64,000 nt of DNA from Eledone cirrhosa (lineage: Eukaryota): contig OZ024745.1 in assembly GCA_964016885.1 (NCBI GenBank), positions 124,372,001 through 124,436,000 of the forward strand, read 5' to 3'. Shown one piece after another: positions 1 to 12,254 of the stretch (its first letter is position 1; the number at the start of each line of letters is the position of its first letter). Made by a program: the position numbers and the translations under genes. Under the pieces are notes generated by a model, which was not told the DNA's origin, searched no databases, and saw nothing but the letters and a program-made list of their open reading frames with translations.

Positions 1-175
1 GGAAAGTCAGTTAAATAGACCCAGGTACATTACTGGTGCTTTATTTTATCGACCCCGTAAAGATGAAAGGCAAAGTTAACCTTGGTGGGATTTGAACTCA
101 GACCATAAGGGACCGTAACTCTATGCTGCAAAGCATGGTGTCCAACTCTCTACCGATACTGCCAATCCACCACCC
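1..175 (-). mobile_element. tRNA-derived SINE, family A (runs off window edge)
   Basis: Reverse complement of the family A pattern: GGTGGATTGGCAGTATCGG (A box), GAGTTCAAATCC (B box), central CTTTCATC..GGGGTCGATAAAATAAAG. Confidence 0.85.
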
Positions 176-534
176 TTTTATATCAAATAATTATAATATT
201 CAATTTGTTTGCAAGTAAACAGCCTCATTACTTTATGTTTTTACATGACCATCGCCATACTTTTGTTCTAGAAGTAACAGAGGTAAAGAACCAACAATAT
301 TGTTTCTGGGTTATTGCCCTTTGTCAAGATTGTGTATCTCTCTTCTGTCACTTACAAGAACTTTTAAGAATATATAGTATTCTATAAAATATATCTTAAC
401 TGATTAGCCAAATTTGCATACTGAGTGATTTTACAGCTGACTTTGCTGAAAATTAAAAACAAAATGAAAATTTGGTTTTTGGCTCAAACATAGTGGATAC
501 ATAAATATATTCTTGAGTTTTATATCAAATAATA

Positions 535-630
535 ATTGTTTCTACTTTTGGCACAAGGCCAGCAATTATCCCAGTGCATTACTGGTACTTTATTTTATCG
601 ACCCCGTAAGGATGAAAGGCAAAGTTAACC
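535..630 (-). mobile_element. SINE family A, 5'-truncated
   Basis: 3' half of family A, flanked by direct repeat TATCAAATAATAAT (TSD). Confidence 0.85.
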
Positions 631-1025
631 GTTATCAAATAATAATAATATCTGATTCGTTTGCAAGCAAACAGCCTCAATATGTTATGTTTTTTAGATG
701 TCCATCACCATTCTTTTGTTCTAGTGGTGACACAGAGAAACAATCAGCAATATCATTTCTGGGTTATTTCCCTCTATCAAGATTGTGTATTTCATTTATG
801 TCAGTTTTGTATTGAAGAAATATACAGCATCTATGTTATGAAAATACAACATGTTCATAGTTAACATTTGAATTTATACAGGCTTCAGCATTGGCACATT
901 CCATAAAGTGAAGACATCTCTCTCCCTGGAAGCTAACAGTTCAGCTTGCATATATCTTATTTGCTCTCCAGGGAAAACAAGCATATCAGATCCTGCTGAT
1001 ACTGTAACATTATTTATGTTTTGAG

Positions 1026-1213
1026 GGCGGTGGATTGGCAGTATCGGTAGAGGGTCAGATGCCATGCTTTGTAGCACAGTTACGTCCCTTTACGGACTGA
1101 GTTCAAATCCCGCCGAGGTTAACTTTGCCTTTCATCCTTACGGGGTTGATAAAATAAAGTACCAGTAATACACTGGTATAATTGCTGGCCTTGTGCCAAA
1201 AGTAGAAACAATT
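1026..1213 (+). mobile_element. SINE family A, full length
   Basis: GGCGGTGGATTGGCAGTATCGG...GAGTTCAAATCCC...GGCCTTGTGCCAAAAGTAGAAACAATT; ATTATTTATG on both sides. Confidence 0.9.
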
Positions 1214-1319
1214 ATTTATGCTTTGATTTGTACATGGATACATGATGGGGATTCATTGTTGATTAAAATTCCACTGGGGGTGTATAGCCACATGCAAACA
1301 CATATTTGGATTGTGGGAT

Positions 1320-1700
1320 CCTCAAGAGTTGTTCTTCATGCTGAATATGGACAACCACTGTGTGAGTATCAGACAAGGAAACATCTGAATATTGAAGTAG
1401 ACATGACTGCGCAGATCCTCTGCACACAACCCCCAGGTCTCACTACCATGCAACATTGCTGTTTGTATACATGCATCATACAATATGACCTTCATTTTGA
1501 TGGAAAAATTTCTAAACTTTCCCCAACCCATTCTCACTCTGGCTACTATGCTTTTGGAACGCTCACATCCATCTTTAATTTGGTCAACAGGGTAACAGCA
1601 ACTATCTACTACTTCTACAGAGTCCTCTGGGCATTTGATGGAGCTAGTATTCTGTGGGCTCTTGCTATTTATTGCAGCTGTAAAACCTGTGGAGGTAGCC
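1320..1700 (-). pseudogene. decayed RTE LINE ORF fragment
   Basis: Translation ARVRMGWGKFR..LYDACIQTAMLHGSETWGLCAEDL matches the C-terminal part of the ORF at 18297-20090. Confidence 0.85.
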
Positions 1701-1863
1701 ATTTTTATTTCATATAACAGGCTAAATGAGTTGAGCTGTATAATCCAACAAAATTTAAGTACTTGTATATCGCACTGTTACAACTAATTATACTTAACTT
1801 GTCTTATGGACTGAGTGCTCTTATCCTCTTATCCTTAGATATTTCTAATAAACATAAGCTACA

Positions 1864-1869
<6 letters not shown>

Positions 1870-1894
<25 letters not shown>

Positions 1895-1919
1895 CGAAGT
1901 ATATATATATATATACGAC

Positions 1920-1999
<80 letters not shown>
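1870..1999. repeat. (TA)n microsatellite
   Basis: Direct reading. Confidence 0.95.
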
Positions 2000-2001
<2 letters not shown>

Positions 2002-2128
2002 AAGTATTTCCGTAGGAAAGGTAAAGGAAAAGAGAATGCTCTATGTAGGCTACAGAGCTTTTTAGTTATGTAATAAACAACATAAGATAATTATTTAATT
2101 TACCAGTGCTTTCTTGAAGACAGATATT

Positions 2129-2196
2129 TTATTTTTCTGATGAATGAAGACAGACATAAATATCTGTCTTCAAGAAACAACTGGTAAATGAAATAA
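2129..2196 (+). ncRNA. type I hammerhead ribozyme motif
   Basis: CTGATGA-A-TGAAGACAGA[CATAAATA]TCTGTCTTCA-A-GAAAC[AACTG]GTA; stem I TTATTT-TT/AATGAAATAA is imperfect. Confidence 0.7.
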
Positions 2197-2296
2197 TTAT
2201 CTTATGTTGTGTATTACATAACTATATATATATATCATAAAGAGAAATGACAGGAGGTCAAATATGTTGAATTTCCTTAATTTTTTATTTCTGCAA

Positions 2297-2354
2297 ACAC
2301 TATGCACATTTCAGTGACCATGTTGCATAAGGACCTGGTGACATCTTCAGGTGT
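2297..2354 (-). ncRNA. type I hammerhead ribozyme motif
   Basis: Minus strand: ACAC-CTGAAGA-T-GTCACCA..TGGTCAC-T-GAA-ATG[TG]CAT-A-GTGT; stems I, II and III all form, AUA triplet. Confidence 0.75.
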
Positions 2355-2666
2355 AAATTGCATAATAGATGCATAATAGATGCATAACAACGGAATGATG
2401 GTAGACTTTAAGGGAACAAGCACAGAAAAAAGAGAGAAAAATGTATTTATGGTTTTGACTCAGAGAGGAACGAGCCACCATGGTGTCACACTGCTCTGTT
2501 TGCAGAAATAAAAAAATTAAAGAAATTCAACATATTTGGCCTCCTGTCACTTTACTTTATAATACATTACTCTGTTCGCGCACCACCACCAGTTGCCTAA
2601 TGTTGAGTGCTTTTCTGGTTAACATTGCAGAATTACCAATTCTAACCACCAAATTTAAATGTATCC

Positions 2667-3365
2667 TCATCATCATCATCATCATCGTTTAACGTCTATC
2701 TTCCATGCTAACATGGGTTTAGACGGGAATTGTCCCACTTGAGGCAAGATTGGTCGGGAGACCGTGTCTCGCTCGTATAGGAATGTCTGACAGGTTTTCT
2801 ATGGCTGGATGCCCTTCCTAACACCAACCACGTTTACAGTGTGGACTGGGAGGTTTTTACCGTGTTACCTACATGGCCACATTACAGCGTAGACTGTGTG
2901 TTTTTTTACCGTGACACCTACACAACCTCATTTATTTTGGACTGGATGTTGTGGTACCAATATAACTTTACAGAGAGAGGGTGGTGTTGGTGGGAGTGAG
3001 GGTGGAGTAGGGGTAGTGGGATGGGGGTGTATATTTGGTTAAGAGGTGCCTACTGACTGTAGGTTTCGTTATGTGCATAGGAAAGGCGGGTCTTCTGTAT
3101 TACTGCATAGCACCAAAGATCTTGGTGCAGTGACATTGTCTTAGCTCTCTAAGACAATGTACAAGTGTGTAAGGTCGGAATTTATCAAATTGTCCCATAT
3201 TTTTCTGGGTCTACTTACTCCGTAACTTCCATCAATTTTGATCGCCCTGCACTATTTTATACAGCTGTCGTCTTATCATGCACATTACGTGACCATACCA
3301 ACATAGTCTTCTCTCAAGTAAACAGCATCTGATCCCTCTTATTCCTAATTTCTCACTTAGTTCAT
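2667..3365 (-). mobile_element. RTE LINE 3' fragment (same family as 17848-20090)
   Basis: Colinear with 18300-18575 and its 3' UTR; (GAT)n tail. Confidence 0.9.
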
Positions 3366-3371
3366 TTATGC

Positions 3372-3855
3372 TTTGACAAAGAAGGGTTTCTCCCTGCGTA
3401 CAAAAGGACGGTTATATGATGCCTGTGTGAGATGCGCGATGCTGCATAGTAGATATGCGAAGGCTGGAGAGAAATGAAGCAAGTATGCGCCATTGGATGT
3501 GTAATGTCAATGTGCGTGAACGACCAAGCATAGACGAGTTGAGAAAGAAACTGGGTATAAGAGGGATAAGTTGTGGTGTGCAGGAGAGAAGGGTGAGACG
3601 GTATGGACATGTGATGCGCATGGAGGATGATCGCTGGGTAAAGAATTGCCAAGAAATCCCAGTAGAAGGAAGACGCTGTAGATGTAGACCACGGAAAACA
3701 TGAGCGGAAGTGGTAAGAGCAGACCTCAGATCGCTGAAACTCACGCTCGAGATGACGAAGGACCGTGACAAGTGGAGAGATGCTGTGCTGAATAGGACCC
3801 GTCCAACCCTTGCAAGCAGGGAAAAGTGGACGTAAAATGATGATGATGATGATGA
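3372..3855 (+). mobile_element. RTE LINE 3' fragment, second family
   Basis: MRRLERNEASM..RWYGHVMRMED..RPRKT; 3' end CCCTTGCAAGCAGGGAAAAGTGGACGTAAAA(TGA)n. Confidence 0.9.
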
Positions 3856-4715
3856 TAGATATGAAATAGTAATAAATAAAACATACATAAATAAAACAAA
3901 TAAAGTGGAAGCCACTTTCGGATATTTGCACACTAAAGTGGCTCTTACCTGCACCAAAATTGATATCAAACGTTTCCCACCTATGTAAACGAAGATGAAC
4001 TCACTCTCCAATATTATACATCTTATTCATTTGTCATACTTTTAAGGAAATCTTTTAAATGAAAGACTTTTCTCTATATATTTTCATCCTCTCTGAAAGT
4101 GGTTCTTAAAGAAAGTAAGAAGTTAGGGTTATTTGCAGGGCATCATATATACATCATCATCACCATAACCATCATCATATTTCATTATATTTTAACAGTA
4201 AATAAATGAATAAATAAAATGGAGCTTTTCGTATTTTTAGCATTCACCAAATACGTAAAACACAGCCTTGGGGGTTATCCTTTCCCAAATGCTTTCCCCA
4301 AAAACCAATTCTTTTGATGGACTTAACTGAAAGCCACCCTTTTCCATTATATGTATACTTGAGGATACTTAACATGTACCCACAGGCCAGACATCTTTTG
4401 CCACTGTGTTGTGAAACTGTGTAGATTGTATTTTCCCAAATCTTACTACTATTTAGTTTGATGTGAGATGGTTAAAGGGATAATGTGTTGGATAATTTAC
4501 TCATACTTGGTTCAAATACACAGCAGGTAGTTCGATATAATTCCAGGCAGAACATTATTTTTTTTACATTATTGTAATTTACTTTGATACAGGAGCTAAT
4601 ATTTGATCTCTTAAGGAATGTTAAGTGAGGTAGAATGGTATTCTGTTCAGTGTTAAATTTCTCTTGCATCTACTTTACAAAGCTTTTAAAAGATCTCTGG
4701 TATCTGCAATTAGAG

Positions 4716-5009
4716 CAGTGATTCCCATCGGGCATGTGATCCACAGAGAAGCAATTTGAATATTTAAGGGGGCATTCTGAAAATGATGTTAAAGAGAATA
4801 AACTTCAGCTATTATCTTATTACTTTTATACCAAGGCAACTTTGATACACATTACAGCAAGAAACTCATGTCTCATCCCCTCCATACATGTTATTGTGCA
4901 TCTGGCACCACATATACGCCAGTTGATCAATGCTGTGTTCAGGAGGGTGGGACATAACCATTTTTTTAATGTTGAGGTAAAGCACGGTGTAAACGATTTG
5001 GAAACACTG
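4716..5009. mobile_element. hAT-type MITE
   Basis: TIRs CAGTGATTCCCA / TGGAAACACTG; 8-bp TSD AATTAGAG / AGTTAGAG. Confidence 0.7.
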
Positions 5010-5399
5010 AGTTAGAGATAAGATCAATTTCAAGGTTATAATCTAACGTCAGTAACATGATGTGAACCTATCAATTAAGAGCAAAGAATCAAATGCCTTA
5101 CACACTGTTTTTACCTAGAAATGCCCCCCTTCTCCTCCTTCTCCTCCTCCTCCTCCTCCTCCTCCCCCTCATCATCATCATCATCATCATTCCTTTTATA
5201 ACTCTGTTTCCATGCTTGCTGTTGATCATTGCTGCGTTCATAACAAAGGAGGGTGGGGCATAACAATTTTTAAAATGTTGAGGTGAAGCATGGAGCAAAA
5301 GGTTGGGAAACACTGAGTTAGAGATAAGTTTAGACATGTCTTTCCCAGCTTCTTCTCATTTTCTGCCTTTCTTTAGCAGCATTTTGAAAACCTCTCTCA

Positions 5400-6070
5400 G
5401 CACCTTTGCCCAAGTCTTCTTTAGTCTTTCTCTATCACAGTTCTCTTCCACTGGGCACACATGGCACTTTTTCACCCAATGAATATCCTCCATATGTATC
5501 ACATGTCCACAGTCATCTTCCATGCATACTACATCTGATTTTTCTTACACCTTGTTTCCCTATTAGTTCTTCCATGCTCCGCCATTCATGTACTTTAACA
5601 TGACACATCAATCAGAGTATATTCACATCATTTCTTTCTAGCCTTCATATATCCTCTGCATTTATTGTCAGGTTTCATTCCCATACATCATTGTACTTTG
5701 CTTGCGGGTATCATATAGTCAGCCTTTCATTCACACACATAAAACTTTTGTTATCAACAGAGGTAGTAGCTTTCTTAATTTTTCCATCCTGTTCTTATTC
5801 AGGCTTCTATGCTTCCAGAGCAAACTCCTCTGGTGATAATTAAGTCAACAGGATTGGGAAAAAGTTTATATCACTGGGGCTTTTACTACTAATTGCACTT
5901 GTGCATTTCTTACATTTAAAGTCTACATTTCTGTTAGTCTACCTTCAATCCCATATCTTTTACATTGTGTACATCATATAGAATTCCTATCTATTCCTTT
6001 TCAACACATTGAGCATGGCAACTTCCCTGATGATATATAAACATATTGTGTTTCTTTAGAAATACAAAAT
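5400..6070 (-). pseudogene. decayed RTE LINE fragment
   Basis: Degenerate similarity to 18400-19140 (zinc finger, GWKKLRKLLPL and GHVIHMED regions). Confidence 0.7.
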
Positions 6071-6083
6071 TCTAATATATATA

Positions 6084-6407
6084 TCATCATTTTTTATGTC
6101 CGCTTTTCCCTGCTTGCAAGGGTGGGACGGGAACTGATTCTGGCTTGATTTGTACAGCTGAATGCCCTTCCTAACACCAACCTCATTTACAGTGAGTGCT
6201 GGGTGCTTGTTTGCCATGGCACCTCCACGACCACTTTGCAGTGGAATAATATGGATCTATCATCACATTTCTACAGCTGAGTAAACTGGAGCAATGTGAA
6301 AATAAAGTGTCTTGCTCAAAGAAAAAACACATCACCCAGTCCGAGAATTGAACTCACAACCTTTCGATTGCAAGGCCAATGCTCTAACCACTAAGCCATG
6401 TGCCTCC
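6084..6407 (-). mobile_element. tRNA-head CORE-like SINE with RTE-derived tail (family B)
   Basis: Head GGAGGCACATGGCTTAGTGG, B box GAGTTCAATTC, CORE-like TTGAGCAAGACACTT; 3' end shared with the RTE at 3372-3855. Confidence 0.85.
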
Positions 6408-7159
6408 ATATATATATATCTATGTGTGTGTGTTTGTGTTTATCTGGATATTCGTTCATATGTCCCATAAACTAGTATCTTGACAAATAAGTAATAACTT
6501 AGAACACAAGTATTTAGGTTGATTATATGGTTGACCAAAAATTCCTCAAATTGGTGCCTCAGCAAATACTTGAAACCAGCCAAAGAACATAGTATAAAAG
6601 AAGATATATATTATTCTATGACCTGAGAACACAATTTATGAATTATTTATTAAAGACAGCAAAATATAATGGACAAAAACAAAAAAGACTAGTAACAATG
6701 CAAGACAACAGAATAATGAATCTTATCCATTGACTTATAAGTGAAGAAAGCTTCTACTTTATTTTATACATATATTGTAATGACCATGGTGGTGATAACC
6801 ATAGTCATCATCATCATCATCCTTATCATAACCATCACATTCATTGTCTTAACATCATCATCATTATCATCATCAACGTTGTCACCATCATCATTGTCAA
6901 AGTTTAACAAAGTGTTCAATAGATCTGAATATTTTATACTGTTCTTTTGTCTCTAAAACTTACTGAGAAGTGGTCAACAAATTATGTATTTAAATTTAAA
7001 AACAAACAGGTAGATGCTCTTATAATGAGAAATATGACACCTTTTGATAGATTTGAATATACATAGAATATACATAGAATTAAAACAGTTTTAAAATAAT
7101 GTAAATGAAGTGACACAGATCAAGAATTCATGGCATACATATGCAAATATATAATATAC

Positions 7160-7168
<9 letters not shown>

Positions 7169-7238
<70 letters not shown>
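7169..7238. repeat. (TG)n microsatellite
   Basis: Direct reading. Confidence 0.95.
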
Positions 7239-7240
<2 letters not shown>

Positions 7241-7391
7241 ATCATCATCATCGATTAACATCTATCTTCCATGCTAGCATGAGTTAGACGGGTTTGTCCC
7301 AATTAGAGGCAAGTTGGGTCAGGTGACCATGTCTCACTCATATAGGAGAGTTTCTGGATGGTTTTCTATGGCCGGATGCCCTTCCTAATGT

Positions 7392-7600
7392 GTAAAAGGT
7401 AAACAGAAATAACAACACTATCAGTACAGTATGTGGATGGTATATATTAGTTAAATGCTTGAAACAGCAGGAAGAGGGTCTTAACATTTCGGACGCTAGT
7501 CCTTCATCAGAGGAAAGAATGAGAAATTAGAAAGATTGAAGGGACGGGCAGGGCGGAATTGGAAAAAATGTTTTTAGAGAAAAATAACAGGTACTGGGGT
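7392..7600 (-). mobile_element. Penelope pseudo-LTR-like repeat (family H1) with hammerhead at 7479-7514
   Basis: Minus strand TCCT-CTGATGA-A-GGAC[TAGC]GTCC-GAAATGTT-AAGA; homologous to 29180-29350, 31270-31450 and 51930-52110. Confidence 0.75.
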
Positions 7601-8598
7601 GAGAGAGAAATATATGGGTGAGAAGAAGGTGGAAGTAAGAAGAGTATAATGGAGGAAAAGTGATAGAGAGTTGTGGTATATTTAAATAATGCAAGAAGCA
7701 AAGAAAATAAATGTAAATATGTAATACATTCATATATTAATATCAACCATAAATCTATGTCTCACACACGTGTGTATATAAATCATTTATACACACATAT
7801 ATACAGACTGTGCACAACAGTACTGCCTATATCAAGACATTTCAAAATTTGCTATGCGGTTGATCAACAGTTGACACAATAAATAAATAAAAAAATCCAA
7901 ACATTAAAATCCTTTTGTTTGCTCTCATTTGAGTTAACAACAAATTTAAGTTTACCTCACCATTGAGAACACCACAAATTATTAAACAAAACATTTATTT
8001 TAGGTTAATTTACCTAGTAATTGTTACATTCATGATGTAATTCTCTCGGTAACTACCACACTAATTGTTAAAAATGTTAAAACTAAATGAAGATAATCAA
8101 AGTAATTTAAAAACCTGAAAGCGAGGAAAAATGTCTCCTGCAAAATGTATTAGTTACATTACAATTAAATTTGTTTGATCAGATGTTACTGGTGATCAAT
8201 TATGATCTGACTGCAGAACAATGAGAGCAGTTAATAAAGCTTTTCCTCTTTACCTCCTTGATCTTTGGCACCTGCCCCCTTCTCTCCCATCGTTCCATTA
8301 TATTAATTCTTCTGTCGATTAAGTCCACACACACAGCACTCACTCTTACACACAGTTTTACACTGAAAAATACATACCAATAAATACACATTCATACCCA
8401 TTCACACAGACAAATGAGCAAGCCACGGTCACCTGACCTGTCTACCCTCATAATATGACAGCCCGGCAAACCCATGCAAGCATGGAAAATGGTGTTAATC
8501 AGTGATGATGAGAAAGATGATATACTTGTTAAACCCAAACACACACAAATGCATATAATGTTATATGAATTACTCGTTTTAATACAGATATATAAGAT

Positions 8599-8778
8599 AA
8601 TTGTTTCTACTTTTAACACAAGGCCAGCAATTACCCAGTGCATTACTGGTACTTTATTTTATCGACCCCCGTAAGGATGAAAGGCAAAGTTAACCTTGGC
8701 GGCATTTGAACTCAGAATGGCAAGGACTGCGTCAAAGCATGGCGTCCAACCCTCTACCGATACTGCCAATCCACCGCC
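8599..8778 (-). mobile_element. SINE family A
   Basis: Family A match; TATATAAGATAAT direct repeats flank it. Confidence 0.9.
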
Positions 8779-8986
8779 CTTATATAAGATATATAAGATA
8801 ATGTAGTCTCAAAATAGCAAAGCCCACTGAAATAAACTAGTGTAAAAATAAAAGAGTAAAAATATACAGACATACATATGTACGTATCTACATAAAGACA
8901 TGCACACATAAATACATATGTAAAAATAAATTCCAGCATCTTAAGAATGTAGCTGAAAGAAAGGTAACATGTATACTTGAATATGT

Positions 8987-9266
8987 GGAGGCACATGGCT
9001 TAGTGGTAAGAGTGTTGGACTTATGATCATAATGTCGTGGGTTCGATTCCTGGTCGTGTGTTGTGTTCTTGAGCAAAACACTTCCTTTCATGTTGCTCCA
9101 GTATATTCAACTGAAAATGAGTACCAGCAATAGCTGGAGGTTTAACACTGCGATGGACTGGCGTCCTGTCCAGAAGGGAGTCTTGTACTCTCAGTCACTT
9201 CATGCCATGAAACCGGGATAAGCATCGGCCAAATTAACCTTCTGGCTTAAGTCAGACTTTAGACTT
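8987..9266 (+). mobile_element. tRNA/CORE-like SINE variant with a different 3' half
   Basis: Family B-like head with GGTTCGATTCC B box, CTTGAGCAAAACACTT, then CTGCGATGGACTGGCGTCCTGTCCAG and an (AGACTTT)2 tail. Confidence 0.75.
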
Positions 9267-9754
9267 TAAATATTTGAATATAAGCTGATTTCTATTTTAT
9301 ATCTGAGAAATGGGCAAAAATCCAAACCCTGTGTATAAGCTAAGGCAGGAAATCAACATTTTAGATGGTACGGATTTGAAATTCTCATGAGTGGAAAATA
9401 TATTTATGAAGTTTTAATATTTTGATATTTAAAATTTTTAAGTGTCATTTAGAGTATAGTTTTAGTTTTACAGCTCCTTTACATTTCTGACAATTTTAAA
9501 GGCTGTATTCATTTAAAACTTAAACAAAATTTCACCACCAAAGTGAAACTGGTGTAATATTCACCTCCAAATCAAAAATATTCACCTCCATATCAAAATA
9601 TTACATTGAATTTGAAGTTGGTGAAAATTGGCAAAATATTGATCTCAAATATATGTCGTTCACCATCGTTTTTGTTTTCACATATTTCTTAGCTTATGTA
9701 TTAGTATAAACAGTAATTAACAACAACAAAAAAAAAACAAACAAAAAACATTAA

Positions 9755-11018
9755 TAGAAGTGGGACTGAAGAAGAAATTCCAAACCTGGAAGCATGGCCT
9801 AGAAACAAAGGGTCATAAAGTCAACCTGACAAAGATTAAGGTCCTAGTAAGTAGAAGAGAAAACAAAGCCCCATCCACTCAGGGTAATGGCCTTGCTCAG
9901 TTGTTCAGTGTGTAAGAAAAGTGTATGTAGAAATTCCACCCTCTGTCTCAAATGCAAACTATGGATGCACAAGAAATGTAATGCGATCTCAGAAACTTTA
10001 GCTAAGAATGTAGGTTTATATGTAACCTTTGCACCAGAGCAGTAAGCAGCAAACAACCACAGGAAACAAGTACTATCAAATTCTGTGATGGTTCAGTAGA
10101 AACAAAAGACAGCTTCTGATACCTGGGGGACCAAATTATCGGCAGAGGTGGGTGTTCTGAAAGTATAGTACCCAGAGTAAGAACGGGATAGAAAAAGTTC
10201 AGGGAGCTACTAACACTGCTATCTACAAAAGGCTTTTCCCTCAAACTGAAAGGCAGACTCTATGATGCGTGCATATGAACAGCAATGTTGCAGAAGACTT
10301 GCAAAGATTGGAAAGAAATGAAAATTGCATGCTCTGATGGGTGTAATATATGTGAATGGCAAAGCATTAATGAACTCAGAGGAAAATTAGGCATTAGAGG
10401 AATCAGATGCAGTGTGCAGAAGAGGAGATTGCATTGGTATGGACATATGATGCGTATAAAGGATGACAGCTGTATAAAAAGATGCAGAGTGCTCAAAGTC
10501 GATGGAAGCCATGGAGTGGGAGACCCAGGAAGACCTGGGATGTGATGATAAAAGCTGACTTTGCTCAATTGCACCTCTCAAAGATTATGGCTCAGGACCA
10601 AGATCTCTGGCATCATGCAGTAATACGGAAGAGCTGCATTTCCATGGGCACAGGTTGAAGCTGAAGCATACACATGGCATACTTCACCCCACCTCCATCC
10701 CACTTCCCCCTTCCATATACCTCTCATAAGAACAGACTAAAGCATACACCTAGTGACGCCGCCAGCTCGCACTGTAAAGTGTTTATTATGGTAACATGAC
10801 AAAAAGCACCCAGCCCACACTGAAAAGTGGTCATGTAGGTGTCATGACAAAAAGTACCCAGTACTCACTGTAAATATGGTTAGCCCTAGCAAGGGCATCC
10901 AGCTGTAGAAACCAAGCCAAAATCAATTGTGTATGAGTAAGACTTGGTCACCTGACCTGGCATTTATCACAATAGGATTTGTTGAATCCATGCTAGCATG
11001 AAAACATAGATGTGAAAC
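9755..11018 (+). pseudogene. decayed RTE LINE 3' half
   Basis: KKFQTWKHGLETKG..C-x2-C finger..LHWYGHMMRIKDDSC, then RTE 3' UTR. Confidence 0.9.
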
Positions 11019-11298
11019 GTGTGCCAAACAGGTTTTCTTGTTCAAAATGTGAAAATTGAACATTTGTGTGGCTTTAGCAGCCTTTCCTGCAAAAATTTTG
11101 TCATGTTGTTGTTATTTTCATGTTGTTATTGTTGATATATTGCTGTTCATATTGTCGTGGTTGTTGGCATTTGTGCTTTTGTCTGTGCAACTGTTATTTT
11201 TGTTGTTTGTTTCTCGTATATTTGTTGTTGGGTTTGCTGGTGTTGGTAGTGTTCTTGATAGCATTGTTGTTACTTTTTGTTGTCATTATTTTGTGGAA

Positions 11299-11845
11299 GG
11301 GCGGTGGATTGGCAGTATCGGTAGAGAGTTGGACGCCATGCTTTGACGCATAGAGTTACGGCCCTTGCCATTCTGAGTTAAAATCCTGCTGAGGTTAACT
11401 TTGCCTTTCATCCTTACGGGGTCGATAAAATAAAGTACCAGTAATGCACTGGGTAATTGCTGGCCTTGTGCCAAAAGTAGAAACAATTATTTTGTGGAAG
11501 GGCGGTGGATGGCTGTATCGGTAGAGGGTCTGACGGCATGCTTTGCCGCATAGAGTTACGGCCCGTTATGATCTGAGTCCAAATCCTGCCGAGGTAAACT
11601 TTGCCGTTCATCCTTACCGGGTCGATAAAATAAAGTACCAGTAATACACTGGGATAATTATTGGCCTTGTGCCAAAAGTAGAAACAATTATTTTGTGGAA
11701 GGGCAGCATAGAGTTACGCTCTTTACGATCTGATTTCAAATACAGCCAAAGTTAACTTTGCCTTTCATCCTTATGGGGTCGATAAAATAAAGTACCAGTA
11801 ATGTACTGGGTAAATGCTGGCCTTGTGCCTATAGAAGAAATCATT
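11299..11845 (+). mobile_element. three head-to-tail SINE family A copies
   Basis: About 200-bp period, each copy preceded by ATTATTTTGTGGAAG. Confidence 0.9.
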
Positions 11846-12254
11846 ATTTTAGTTGTATTTCCTAAAATCAGGTTAAAGACATTTGCAGATGTAAATAGTT
11901 AGCTTGTTTTAGTTCCCAGCTCCTTCTTTAGTTTCTATTCAATGTTGTTCATTATACCTTTGTTTTCTATAAATTTTTTCCTATTCATTTCATAGTTTTC
12001 CTATTGCTGCAACACACTGCATTATTGCTACTGTTATTGTTGATCTAGTTATTGCTGATGTTAACAAATGCAACATGCACAGTTATGTTTCAGATGATAT
12101 TGTTGTTGTAATTACTGTTGTTGTTGATGAAGCTATTTTTGTATTAGTAATGATGTTATTGTTGCTGTCATTGATGGTGTTACAGGTTTTGTATATGTTG
12201 ATTATGTTACTGTTGTTGTCAATGATGCTGTTATTAGTATTATTGATGTCCTGG

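Noticed and set aside
1026-1115. tRNA genes at SINE heads
   Set aside because: A and B boxes are present but continue into SINE bodies with TSDs; no convincing cloverleaf
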